Below are positions 1 to 7,822 of a stretch of DNA of 54,451 nt, piece after piece (within the stretch, counting starts at the first letter, position 1; each line of letters starts with the position of its first letter). The translations under genes and the position numbers were made by a program. Below the pieces are notes generated by a model that saw only the letters and a program-made list of their open reading frames with translations, had not been told where the DNA came from and ran no database searches. Source of the stretch: Actinomycetota bacterium (GTDB lineage Bacteria > Actinomycetota > Acidimicrobiia > IMCC26256 > JACDBD01); assembly GCA_046724435.1 (NCBI GenBank), contig JBKOWN010000070.1, positions 1-54,451 on the forward strand, in the 5' to 3' direction.

Positions 1-182
1 AGCCCGAGACGACCGAGGCGCCCGAGCTCGAGCCGGAGCCCGCCCCGACGCCCGCCCCGGCAGGGGTCCCCGCCGCGCAGCAGCCGCCAACGCGTCCGAC
101 GTCGCCTCGACCCGCCGGCGGCCCGGCGCCGAGAGCGCGCGCACCCCGTCCCCGCCAGCAACGACGCCGGAAGCGCCGCTAG
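1..182 (+). CDS. 3' end of an unidentified upstream CDS (partial; Pro/Ala-rich basic tail)
   Basis: Frame 3 is open from the window edge. It reads ...PELEPEPAPTPAPAGVPAAQQPP...PRQQRRRKRR and ends in tandem stops TAGTAG (180-185). Only a low-complexity tail is visible, so identity is unknown. Confidence 0.3.
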   Translation, partial: PETTEAPELEPEPAPTPAPAGVPAAQQPPTRPTSPRPAGGPAPRARAPRPRQQRRRKRR

Positions 183-236
183 TAGCCGCGGCGACGGCAA
201 GCCGGAGCTTGCGACGGCGGCAAGTAGCCTTGATTC

Positions 237-2468
237 ATGAGTAACACCGAGCCCCGGGTCGAGGTACGACCCGACCGGCGCTCGGTCCTGCCCTGGCGCC
301 GGCACCACATCGACGTCGAGGTCGCGCCGCTTATCGACGCGTACCGCGACCGGCACCGGAAGGCGGACACCGCGCTGATCGAGCGCGCCTTCGAGGTCGC
401 CCGGATCGCTCACGCCGACCAGGTGCGCCGATCCGGAGAGCCGTACATCGCCCATCCGCTCGGGGTCGCGATGATCCTCGCCGATCTCGGTCTAGACGAC
501 GTCACGATCGCGGCCGCGCTCCTCCACGACGCGGTCGAGGACACGACCATCACGGACGAGGACCTCCAGGAGCAGTTCGGGCCCGACGTTGCCGCGATCG
601 TCGACGGGGTCACCAAGCTCGACCGGCTCCAGTTCGACTCGAAGGAGGCGCAGCAGGCCGCCACGCTCCGCAAGATGCTGGTGGCGATGGCCAAGGACAT
701 CCGGGTCCTGCTCATCAAGCTGGCGGACCGGCTCCACAACATGCGCACGATCTCGTCGCTGCCCGAGTCGAAGCAGCAGCGGATCGCCCAGGAGACGCTC
801 GACATCTACGCGCCGCTCGCGCACCGCCTCGGCATCGCCGACGTGAAGTGGCAGCTCGAGGATCTCGCCTTCGACGTGTTGCATCCCAAGCGCTACGCCG
901 AGATCGAGCAGATGGTCACGCTGCGCGCTCCCGAGCGCGAGGAGTACCTCGAACAGGTGCTGGCCGAGCTGCGCGCCCGCCTCGACGGGTTGCACATCGA
1001 CGCCGAAGTGCGGGGCCGCCCGAAGAACTACTGGTCCATCTACGAGAAGATGGTCGTGCAGGGCAAGGAGTTTGACGACGTTCAGGATCTTCTCGGTGTG
1101 CGCGTCGTCGTGGATTCGGTGAAGGACTGTTACGCCGCGCTCGGATCCATCCACGCCATGTGGAAGCCGGTGCAGGGCCGGTTCAAGGACTACATCGCGA
1201 TGCCGAAGTTCAACCTGTACCAGTCGTTGCACACCACGGTCGTCGGCCCGCAGGGGAAGCTCGTCGAGGTGCAGATCCGCACCGAGGAGATGCACCGTCG
1301 CGCCGAGTACGGCGTCGCCGCCCACTGGGGCTACAAGGAGAAGGACTCGCCCGCGCAGGACATGGTCTGGCTCGAACGGATGGTCGACTGGCAGCAGGAG
1401 ACATCCGACCCGGGCGAGTTCATGCAGTCGCTGAAGATCGATCTCGAGCAGGACGAGGTATTCGTCTTCACGCCCAAGGGCAAGGTCATCACACTGGCCG
1501 CGGGCGCCACGCCCGTCGACTTCGCGTACACCATCCACACCGAGGTCGGACACCGTTGCATCGGCGCCAAGGTGAACGGCCGTCTCGTCCCACTCGACTC
1601 CGCCCTGGCATCGGGCGACACGGTCGAGATCTTCACGAGCAAGGTCGAAGGCGCGGGCCCGAGCCGCGACTGGCTCCAGTTCGTACAGACGCCTCGAGCG
1701 CGCAGCAAGATCCGCCAATGGTTCTCGCGGGAGCGACGCGAGGATGCGATCGAGACGGGACGCGACGAGCTCGTGAAGGCGCTCCGCAAGGACGGGCTCC
1801 CGGTCCAGAAGCTGGCACGCTCGTCGGCGCTCGCGCACGTCGTCGAGGCGATGAGCTACGCCGACCTCGACGCGCTGTACGCCGCGGTCGGCGAAGGGCA
1901 CGTGTCGCCACGGACGGTCGTCCAGCGCGTCGAACGCGAGCTGCGTGGCGGCGAGGAGCAGCTTCCGGTCACTGTCCGCCGCCCACCGCGCAAACTGCGG
2001 CGGCGGACCGTCGGGGTTCATGTCGAGGGGCTCGACGACGTCATGGTGCGGCTCTCGCGATGCTGCACGCCCGTCCCCGGTGACGAGATCATGGGCTTCG
2101 TGACCCGCGGTCGGGGTGTCTCGGTGCATCGCACCGACTGCGCCAACGCGGCCAGTCTGGCGGCACAGGCGCCTCGGGTCATCGACGTCGGCTGGGACCA
2201 CGACCAGCCCGCCACGTACGTCGTTTCGGTCGAAGTCGAGGCGCTCGACCGGTCGCGCCTGTTGCGTGACGTAGCCCAGGCGCTCGCGGAGCACCACGTG
2301 AACATCCTCTCCTGCACGTCGCAGACGTCGAGCGACCGGGTCGCCAAGCTGCGATTCGACTTCGAGCTCGCTGACCCGAGCCACCTCGAATCGCTCCTCG
2401 GTGCAGTGAAGAGGATCGACTCGGTGTACGACGCGTACCGGGTGCTGCCGGGGAAAGCGCGCGCCTAA
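237..2468 (+). CDS. rel: bifunctional (p)ppGpp synthetase/hydrolase, RelA/SpoT family
   Basis: 743-aa ORF. HD hydrolase motif 'HPLGVAMILA...LLHDAVEDT'; synthetase block 'FNLYQSLHTTVVGPQGKLVEVQIRT'; TGS-like 'VFVFTPKGKVITLAAGATPVDFAY'; C-terminal ACT-like region. Confidence 0.95.
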   Translation: MSNTEPRVEVRPDRRSVLPWRRHHIDVEVAPLIDAYRDRHRKADTALIERAFEVARIAHADQVRRSGEPYIAHPLGVAMILADLGLDDVTIAAALLHDAVEDTTITDEDLQEQFGPDVAAIVDGVTKLDRLQFDSKEAQQAATLRKMLVAMAKDIRVLLIKLADRLHNMRTISSLPESKQQRIAQETLDIYAPLAHRLGIADVKWQLEDLAFDVLHPKRYAEIEQMVTLRAPEREEYLEQVLAELRARLDGLHIDAEVRGRPKNYWSIYEKMVVQGKEFDDVQDLLGVRVVVDSVKDCYAALGSIHAMWKPVQGRFKDYIAMPKFNLYQSLHTTVVGPQGKLVEVQIRTEEMHRRAEYGVAAHWGYKEKDSPAQDMVWLERMVDWQQETSDPGEFMQSLKIDLEQDEVFVFTPKGKVITLAAGATPVDFAYTIHTEVGHRCIGAKVNGRLVPLDSALASGDTVEIFTSKVEGAGPSRDWLQFVQTPRARSKIRQWFSRERREDAIETGRDELVKALRKDGLPVQKLARSSALAHVVEAMSYADLDALYAAVGEGHVSPRTVVQRVERELRGGEEQLPVTVRRPPRKLRRRTVGVHVEGLDDVMVRLSRCCTPVPGDEIMGFVTRGRGVSVHRTDCANAASLAAQAPRVIDVGWDHDQPATYVVSVEVEALDRSRLLRDVAQALAEHHVNILSCTSQTSSDRVAKLRFDFELADPSHLESLLGAVKRIDSVYDAYRVLPGKARA

Positions 2469-2508
2469 GGGCCGCGGTCGGCCGCAAAGCGGCCGGTACG
2501 ATGCCTCG

Positions 2509-3780
2509 GTGCCGAAGGACGCGCAACAGACTCCCCGCGGAACGCAGGACATCCTTCCGCCGGAGTCTTCGCGCTGGATCGAGGTCGTCCGGATCTTCGC
2601 GGAGCGCGCACGTCGGTTCTGCTACGACCTCGTCATCACCCCCGTCTTCGAGCACGTCGAAGTGTTCAACCGGCTGGGCGAATCAACCGACGTGTTGACG
2701 AAGGAGATGTACGAGTTCACCGACCGGGGGAACCGCCGGCTGGCATTGCGGCCCGAGGGGACTGCACCGGTCGTTCGTGCATACGTCCAGCACAAGAAGC
2801 ACGGCCCGTGGAAGGTCTGGTACCTCGCGCCCCTGTTTCGTTACGAACGGTCGCAGAAGGGCCGCTACCGGCAGCACTGGCAGTTGGGCGTCGAGGTTCT
2901 GGGCTTGGACGACCCGGACGTCGACGTCGAGGTGATTGCGTTCGGGCACGGACTGCTCCGTGACCTGGGTGTGCTGCGGAGCACGACGCTGCTCCTGAAC
3001 TCGATGGGTGACCGCGAGAGCCGAGCCCGGTACATCGACGTGCTGCGCCGATACCTGCTCGAGCACGGCTCGGATCTCGATGAGGAGTTCCGCGATCGGG
3101 CCAAGACGAATCCGTTACGGGTCCTCGACTCCAAGGACGGTGCGTGGCAGGACGTCGTCGAGCGCGCGCCTCAGCTCACCGAGTACCTGAGCGACGCGTC
3201 GCGGGTGCACTTCGAGCAGGTCCAGCGGGGCCTGGACGCGCTGGAGATCCACTACGAGCTGGCACCGAGGCTGGTGCGGGGCTTCGACTACTACACGAGT
3301 ACCACGTTCGAGTTCGTGAGCGCCGCGCTCGACGCCGCGCAGAACGCCGTCCTCGGCGGCGGGAGGTACGACAACCTCACCGAAGAGATGGGCGGCCAGG
3401 CGACTGCCGGAATCGGGTTCGGCATGGGTATCGAGCGACTGCTGATCGCGGCGGACGAGTCGGGTGCCCTTCCGCGCGCCGAACCTCACCCCGATGTCTA
3501 CGTCATCGACGAGCTCGCCGGTGGTCGCGAGGCGCTGACGCTGACCCAGGAGCTTCGTGAAGCGGGTCTCAGCGTCGAACGGTCCTATGGCAACCGCTCT
3601 GCATCCGCTCAGCGAAAGGCAGCCGAGCGGGCGCGGCCGTCGTTCATCGTGTTGCTCGCGGCCGAGCAATTCGGCCGGGGCGAGGTCGTAGTCCGGAGAC
3701 CCCCAGGTCGCGAAGGGATCGCGGTTCCACGGGATCATCTTTCCGGCTGGCTTCGCGAGCACTGTGAGTTCGAGCGATGA
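2509..3780 (+). CDS. hisS: histidine--tRNA ligase
   Basis: GTG start. Class II HisRS motifs 'PRGTQDILP', 'LFRYERSQKGRYRQHWQLGVEVLG' and 'GGGRYDNL'. Confidence 0.95.
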   Translation: MPKDAQQTPRGTQDILPPESSRWIEVVRIFAERARRFCYDLVITPVFEHVEVFNRLGESTDVLTKEMYEFTDRGNRRLALRPEGTAPVVRAYVQHKKHGPWKVWYLAPLFRYERSQKGRYRQHWQLGVEVLGLDDPDVDVEVIAFGHGLLRDLGVLRSTTLLLNSMGDRESRARYIDVLRRYLLEHGSDLDEEFRDRAKTNPLRVLDSKDGAWQDVVERAPQLTEYLSDASRVHFEQVQRGLDALEIHYELAPRLVRGFDYYTSTTFEFVSAALDAAQNAVLGGGRYDNLTEEMGGQATAGIGFGMGIERLLIAADESGALPRAEPHPDVYVIDELAGGREALTLTQELREAGLSVERSYGNRSASAQRKAAERARPSFIVLLAAEQFGRGEVVVRRPPGREGIAVPRDHLSGWLREHCEFER

Positions 3781-5522
3781 TGCGAACGCACCGGTGCGGC
3801 GACCTGCGCACCGAGCACATCGGCGAGAAGGTCAGCGTGTGCGGCTGGGTGGCGAGCCGTCGTGACCACGGGGGCGTTGTCTTCCTCGACGTCCGCGACG
3901 CCGCCGGGATCGTGCAGGTCGTCGTCGACCCGGACACTGCGGACGGAGCGGACCCGCACCAACTACGCGCCGAGTACGTGATCCGCGTCGACGGCGTCGT
4001 GCGCCACCGCCCGGAAGGAACCGTGAATCCGGAGCTGGCGACGGGGGATGTCGAGGTTGCCGCGACGCGGCTCGAGGTGCTCAACGCGGCGGAGCCGTCG
4101 CCGATCCCGCTCGAACGCGTCGAGGCCGACGAGGCGCTCCGCCTCAAGTACCGCTATCTCGACCTGCGGCGCGACCGCATGCAACGCAACCTGCGCCTCC
4201 GGGCGGTGGTGAACGACGCGATGCGACGCTCGATGATCGGGCAGGAGTTCGTCGAGGTCGAGACTCCGGCGCTCATTGCGTCGACCCCCGAAGGCGCGCG
4301 CGACTTCGTGGTGCCGTCGCGGCTTCAGCCGGGCTCGTTCTATGCGCTGCCGCAGAGCCCGCAGCTGTTCAAGCAGTTGCTGATGGTCGGCGGCCTCGAC
4401 CGGTACTTCCAGATCGCCCGGTGCCTGCGCGACGAGGACCCGCGCGCGGATCGACAGTTCGAGTTCATGCAATACGACATGGAGATGAGCTTCGCCGACG
4501 GCGATGACGTGATGGCCGTCGTCACCGAGGCGGTGCAAGCCGCGGTCGAGGCCGCCCGCGGCGAGCGGGCACCCGTGTTCCGGCGCATGACCTGGCAGGA
4601 GTCGATGGACCGCTTCGGCGTCGACAAGCCGGACACCCGCTTCGACCTCGAGTTGGTCGACGTGACGGAGTGCTTCGAGGCGACCGAGTTCCGCGCCTTC
4701 CAGGCGGAGGTCGTGAAGGGCATCCGGCTGACGGGGGAGGCCGCGATGGGGCGCGGGCGCCTCGACGCACTCACCGAACGCGCGCAGCAGCTCGGTGCCG
4801 CCGGGCTCGTGTGGATGCGGGTGCAGGAGCACGGAGCGCTCGACTCGCCGGTGGCGAAGTTCCTCTCGGAGGCCGAGCAGCTGTGCGCCGTCGACGCGCT
4901 CGGCGCGACGCCGGGTGACCTGTTGCTCCTCGTCGCGGGCAGCTGGCGGGTCGCCGACGCGGTGCTCGGGCAGCTGCGGCTCGATCTCGGTCGACCACCC
5001 GTGTCGGAGGGCGGTCTCCAGTTCGTCTGGGTGGTCGACTTCCCGTTGTTCGAGGGCATCGACGACTACGGCCGGCCGATCCCGGCGCACCACCCGTTCA
5101 CGATGCCGCACCCCGACGACCTCGAGCTGCTCGCCACTGCGACCGGGGACGAGCTCCTCCGGGCGCGATCGCTGTCGTACGACCTCGTGCTGAACGGTTG
5201 GGAGCTCGGCTCCGGCAGCGTCCGAATCCATTCCTCCGACGTGCAGCAACAGGTGTTCACGCTTCTCGGGATCACGCCCGAGCAGGCGCGTTCCCGCTTC
5301 GGGTTCCTGCTCGACGCGTTCCGGTACGGGGCGCCGCCACACGCCGGGTTCGCGATCGGGATCGACCGGTTCACCGCCGTGCTGGCCGGCGAGGAGAACA
5401 TCCGCGAGGTCATCGCCTTCCCGAAGACCCAGTCCGGCGCCGATCCCCTCACGGGCGCCCCCACCCCCCTCGACCCCGCCCAACTCCGCGAGCTCGGCCT
5501 CGAGGTCCGCAAGCGCCGCTAG
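3777..5522 (+). CDS. aspS: aspartate--tRNA ligase
   Basis: ATGA overlap with the hisS stop. Motifs 'FYALPQSPQLFKQLLM', 'QIARCLRDEDPRADRQFEFMQYDMEMSF' and 'GAPPHAGFAIGIDRF'. Confidence 0.95.
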   Translation: MMRTHRCGDLRTEHIGEKVSVCGWVASRRDHGGVVFLDVRDAAGIVQVVVDPDTADGADPHQLRAEYVIRVDGVVRHRPEGTVNPELATGDVEVAATRLEVLNAAEPSPIPLERVEADEALRLKYRYLDLRRDRMQRNLRLRAVVNDAMRRSMIGQEFVEVETPALIASTPEGARDFVVPSRLQPGSFYALPQSPQLFKQLLMVGGLDRYFQIARCLRDEDPRADRQFEFMQYDMEMSFADGDDVMAVVTEAVQAAVEAARGERAPVFRRMTWQESMDRFGVDKPDTRFDLELVDVTECFEATEFRAFQAEVVKGIRLTGEAAMGRGRLDALTERAQQLGAAGLVWMRVQEHGALDSPVAKFLSEAEQLCAVDALGATPGDLLLLVAGSWRVADAVLGQLRLDLGRPPVSEGGLQFVWVVDFPLFEGIDDYGRPIPAHHPFTMPHPDDLELLATATGDELLRARSLSYDLVLNGWELGSGSVRIHSSDVQQQVFTLLGITPEQARSRFGFLLDAFRYGAPPHAGFAIGIDRFTAVLAGEENIREVIAFPKTQSGADPLTGAPTPLDPAQLRELGLEVRKRR

Positions 5523-5523
5523 A

Positions 5524-5574
5524 GCCCGTTGTCACCAAAACGCGCCTCTGGGCCGCGTGTTGGTGACAACGGGC
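5524..5574 (+). terminator. long imperfect hairpin immediately after the aspS stop (terminator-like, no U-tract)
   Basis: CCCGTTGTCACCAAAACGCG (5525-5544) pairs with CGCGTGTTGGTGACAACGGG (5554-5573). This gives about 20 bp with one mismatch and a 9-nt loop. There is no T-run, so function as an intrinsic terminator is uncertain. Confidence 0.4.
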
Positions 5575-5580
5575 GTAGGT
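5554..5580 (+). repeat. direct repeat copy 1 (also the 3' arm of the aspS hairpin)
   Basis: CGCGTGTTGGTGACAACGGGCGTAGGT matches 6195-6221 at 23 of 27 positions, counted by eye. Confidence 0.7.
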
Positions 5581-5609
5581 GTCACACGGTCCCGGCAAGC
5601 TCATGGGCC

Positions 5610-6193
5610 ATGAGTGTCGAACAAGTGATCTCCGAGATCGCGCAGCTCCAATACGGGCTCACCGAAATCGGGCAACTCATCGCCGCTGGCATCAACCGTC
5701 ATCATGTCGAGCATCGCCTGAAGAAGGGCCGCCTGCGGCGAGTGCGGTCCGGGGTCTTCGTCGTTGCCGGTGCGCCTCATTCGTTCGAGCAAGACGTTTT
5801 GGCGGCGGTATTGGCAGCCGGTTCCGACGCCGTTGCGTCGCATACAACCGCCGCGGTCTTGTGGGGCTTGCCTCTCGTCGAGCATGAGGTGCTCGAGGTC
5901 ACCACCTCCCGCCGGCACTGGGCTCGCATGCCGGCGGTGCGAGCTCACCGAACAGTCGCCTTCCTCGGCTGCGAGCACACCGCATCGATCTCGCGTATCC
6001 GGAGTCCAAGATCGCGATCGAGATTGATGGGCGGGAGTACCACCGCAGCCGCAGCGCGTTCGACGACGACCGGAGCCGGGCAAATGACCTTGTCGTCGCG
6101 GGCTGGCAGGTTCTGCGCTTCACATCGAGCATGACCGAGGCGCAGGCGGTGGCGACGGTTGCCGCCGCGTTGTCACAGCAACGCAGCGCATAG
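5610..6193 (+). pseudogene. DUF559 / AbiEi-N-like family gene remnant (internal deletion plus frame change)
   Basis: From ATG 5610 the N-terminal part reads MSVEQVISEIAQLQYGLTEIGQLIAAGINRHHVEHRLKKGRLRRVRSGVFVV... up to about 5983. The typical DUF559 C-terminus 'IDLAYPESKIAIEIDGREYHRSRSAFDDDRSRANDLVVAGWQVLRF' is in a different frame (5984-6193, stop TAG). The roughly 100+ residues that normally join the two parts are absent. Confidence 0.75.
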
Positions 6194-6194
6194 A

Positions 6195-6221
6195 CGCGTT
6201 TTGGTGACAGCGGCCGTAGGC
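6195..6221 (+). repeat. direct repeat copy 2
   Basis: CGCGTTTTGGTGACAGCGGCCGTAGGC starts one nucleotide after the pseudogene stop. It is about 85% identical to 5554-5580 and is also complementary to the hairpin 5' arm at 5525-5544. Confidence 0.7.
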
Positions 6222-6228
6222 TGAGCCG

Positions 6229-7590
6229 GTGACCGACGATCTGTTCGCTTCGGCGCGGGACGAGCGGCTCCACGAGCGCGCGCCGTTGGCGGCGCGGTTG
6301 CGGCCGCGCACGCTCGACGAGGTCGTCGGGCAGGAGCACCTGCTCGGGTCGGGGCGTCCGCTGCGGGTGCTGATCGAGGGCGACCGCCTGTCGTCGGTCG
6401 TGCTGTGGGGCCCGCCCGGCACGGGCAAGACCACGATCGCCCGGCTCATCGCCGGCGTCACCGCCAAGGCGTTCGAGCCGCTGTCGGCGGTGAGCGCGGG
6501 CGTCAAGGACGTCCGCGAGGTCGTCGAGAGAGCGCGCGATCGGCTGGGCGAGCTCGGACAGGGCACGATCCTCTTCCTCGACGAGGTGCACCGCTTCAAC
6601 CGCACCCAGCAGGACGCGCTGCTCCCGCACGTCGAGGAAGGCCTGATCGTCCTCATCGGCGCGACGACGGAGAACCCCTACTTCTCCCTGACCGGGCCCC
6701 TGCTGTCACGATCCACGCTGTTCCGGCTCGACCCCCTCGAGCCCGACGACATCCGCACGCTGCTCGAGCGCGCGCTGACCGACCGCGAGCGCGGGCTCGG
6801 CGATGCCCATCTCTCCGTCGACGCGGACGCGCTCGACCACCTGATCGACCGATCGGAAGGCGACGCGCGCCACGCACTCACGTCGCTCGAGGTGGCCGGC
6901 GCGCTCGCCGCCGAAGACGACCGCAAGAACGTGACGCTCGCCGACGCCGAGGCCGCGCTGGCGCTGCGCGCTGTCCGGTACGGCGACGACGAGCACTATG
7001 ACGTCTTGTCCGCGTTCATCAAGAGCATCCGTGGGTCGGACCCGGATGCCGGCCTGTATTGGCTCGCGCGCATGCTGGAAGCGGGGGAGGACCCGCGCCT
7101 CGTCGCCCGCCGGCTCGTGATCCTCGCGTCCGAGGACATCGGCATGGCCGATCCACAGTCGCTGCTCGTCGCCGACGCTGCCGCCCGCGCCGTCGAGTTC
7201 GTCGGCATGCCCGAAGCTCGTCTCAACCTGGCCCAGGCCGTTATCCACCTCGCGCTCGCGCCGAAGTCGAACTCCGTCATCGCAGGTATCGGCGCCGCGA
7301 TCGAGGACGTGCGCGGCCAACCCGCGGGAGCCGTGCCGGTACACCTGCGGGACGCCAGTTACCCTGGCGCCCGCAAGCTCGGCCACGGGGAGGGTTACGT
7401 GTACCCGCACGACGCGCCGGCGGGGTGGGTCCCCCAGCAGTACCGGCCCAGCGAGGTGGAGGCCCGCGTGTACTACCGACCGGGCGCGCAGGGCCGCGAG
7501 GCCGAGTTGGGCGAGATCCTCGAGCGGCGGCGGACGCGCCGCGAAGCAGAGGGCGACCGCGACGACGACGTCGACACCGGAGAGACCTGA
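6229..7590 (+). CDS. rarA: replication-associated recombination protein A (AAA+ ATPase RarA/MgsA)
   Basis: GTG start. Walker A 'LWGPPGTGKTTIARLIA' and Walker B 'ILFLDEVHRFN'. The C-terminal MgsA-type block includes 'HYDVLSAFIKSIRGSDPDAGLYWLARML'. Confidence 0.93.
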   Translation: MTDDLFASARDERLHERAPLAARLRPRTLDEVVGQEHLLGSGRPLRVLIEGDRLSSVVLWGPPGTGKTTIARLIAGVTAKAFEPLSAVSAGVKDVREVVERARDRLGELGQGTILFLDEVHRFNRTQQDALLPHVEEGLIVLIGATTENPYFSLTGPLLSRSTLFRLDPLEPDDIRTLLERALTDRERGLGDAHLSVDADALDHLIDRSEGDARHALTSLEVAGALAAEDDRKNVTLADAEAALALRAVRYGDDEHYDVLSAFIKSIRGSDPDAGLYWLARMLEAGEDPRLVARRLVILASEDIGMADPQSLLVADAAARAVEFVGMPEARLNLAQAVIHLALAPKSNSVIAGIGAAIEDVRGQPAGAVPVHLRDASYPGARKLGHGEGYVYPHDAPAGWVPQQYRPSEVEARVYYRPGAQGREAELGEILERRRTRREAEGDRDDDVDTGET

Positions 7591-7591
7591 C

Positions 7592-7792
7592 GTGGTCAAG
7601 CGTCTGTTCTGGCTGACGGTCGGCTTCTGGCTCGGCGTCGGCGTCACCATCCACGCGACCCGGACGCTTCGCCGCTCCGTCGAGCGGTACCTCCCGCCGG
7701 CGGCGGCCGAACGGCTCCGTGACCTGAACGCGGCGCTCGACCACCGGGCGGCGTTGATCAGGGCCCGGCGCGTGTCGCGAAGGGCCAGCTGA
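7592..7792 (+). CDS. small membrane protein (DUF6167-like)
   Basis: 66 aa with a GTG start 2 nt after the rarA stop and GGAGAG 7 nt upstream. One hydrophobic helix 'LFWLTVGFWLGVGVTI' is followed by a basic tail. Its position upstream of alaS is as seen in other actinobacteria. The family assignment is from memory. Confidence 0.55.
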   Translation: MVKRLFWLTVGFWLGVGVTIHATRTLRRSVERYLPPAAAERLRDLNAALDHRAALIRARRVSRRAS

Positions 7793-7822
7793 GCAGAAAG
7801 GTCCGGGCGGTACGCTGGGCGC

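Noticed and set aside
5529-5609. The N-terminal extension of the DUF559 ORF in the track (MSPKRASGPRVGDNGRRCHTVPASSWA...).
   Set aside because: It is translated straight through the aspS hairpin and direct repeat and has no similarity to the family. The family-like sequence begins at ATG 5610.
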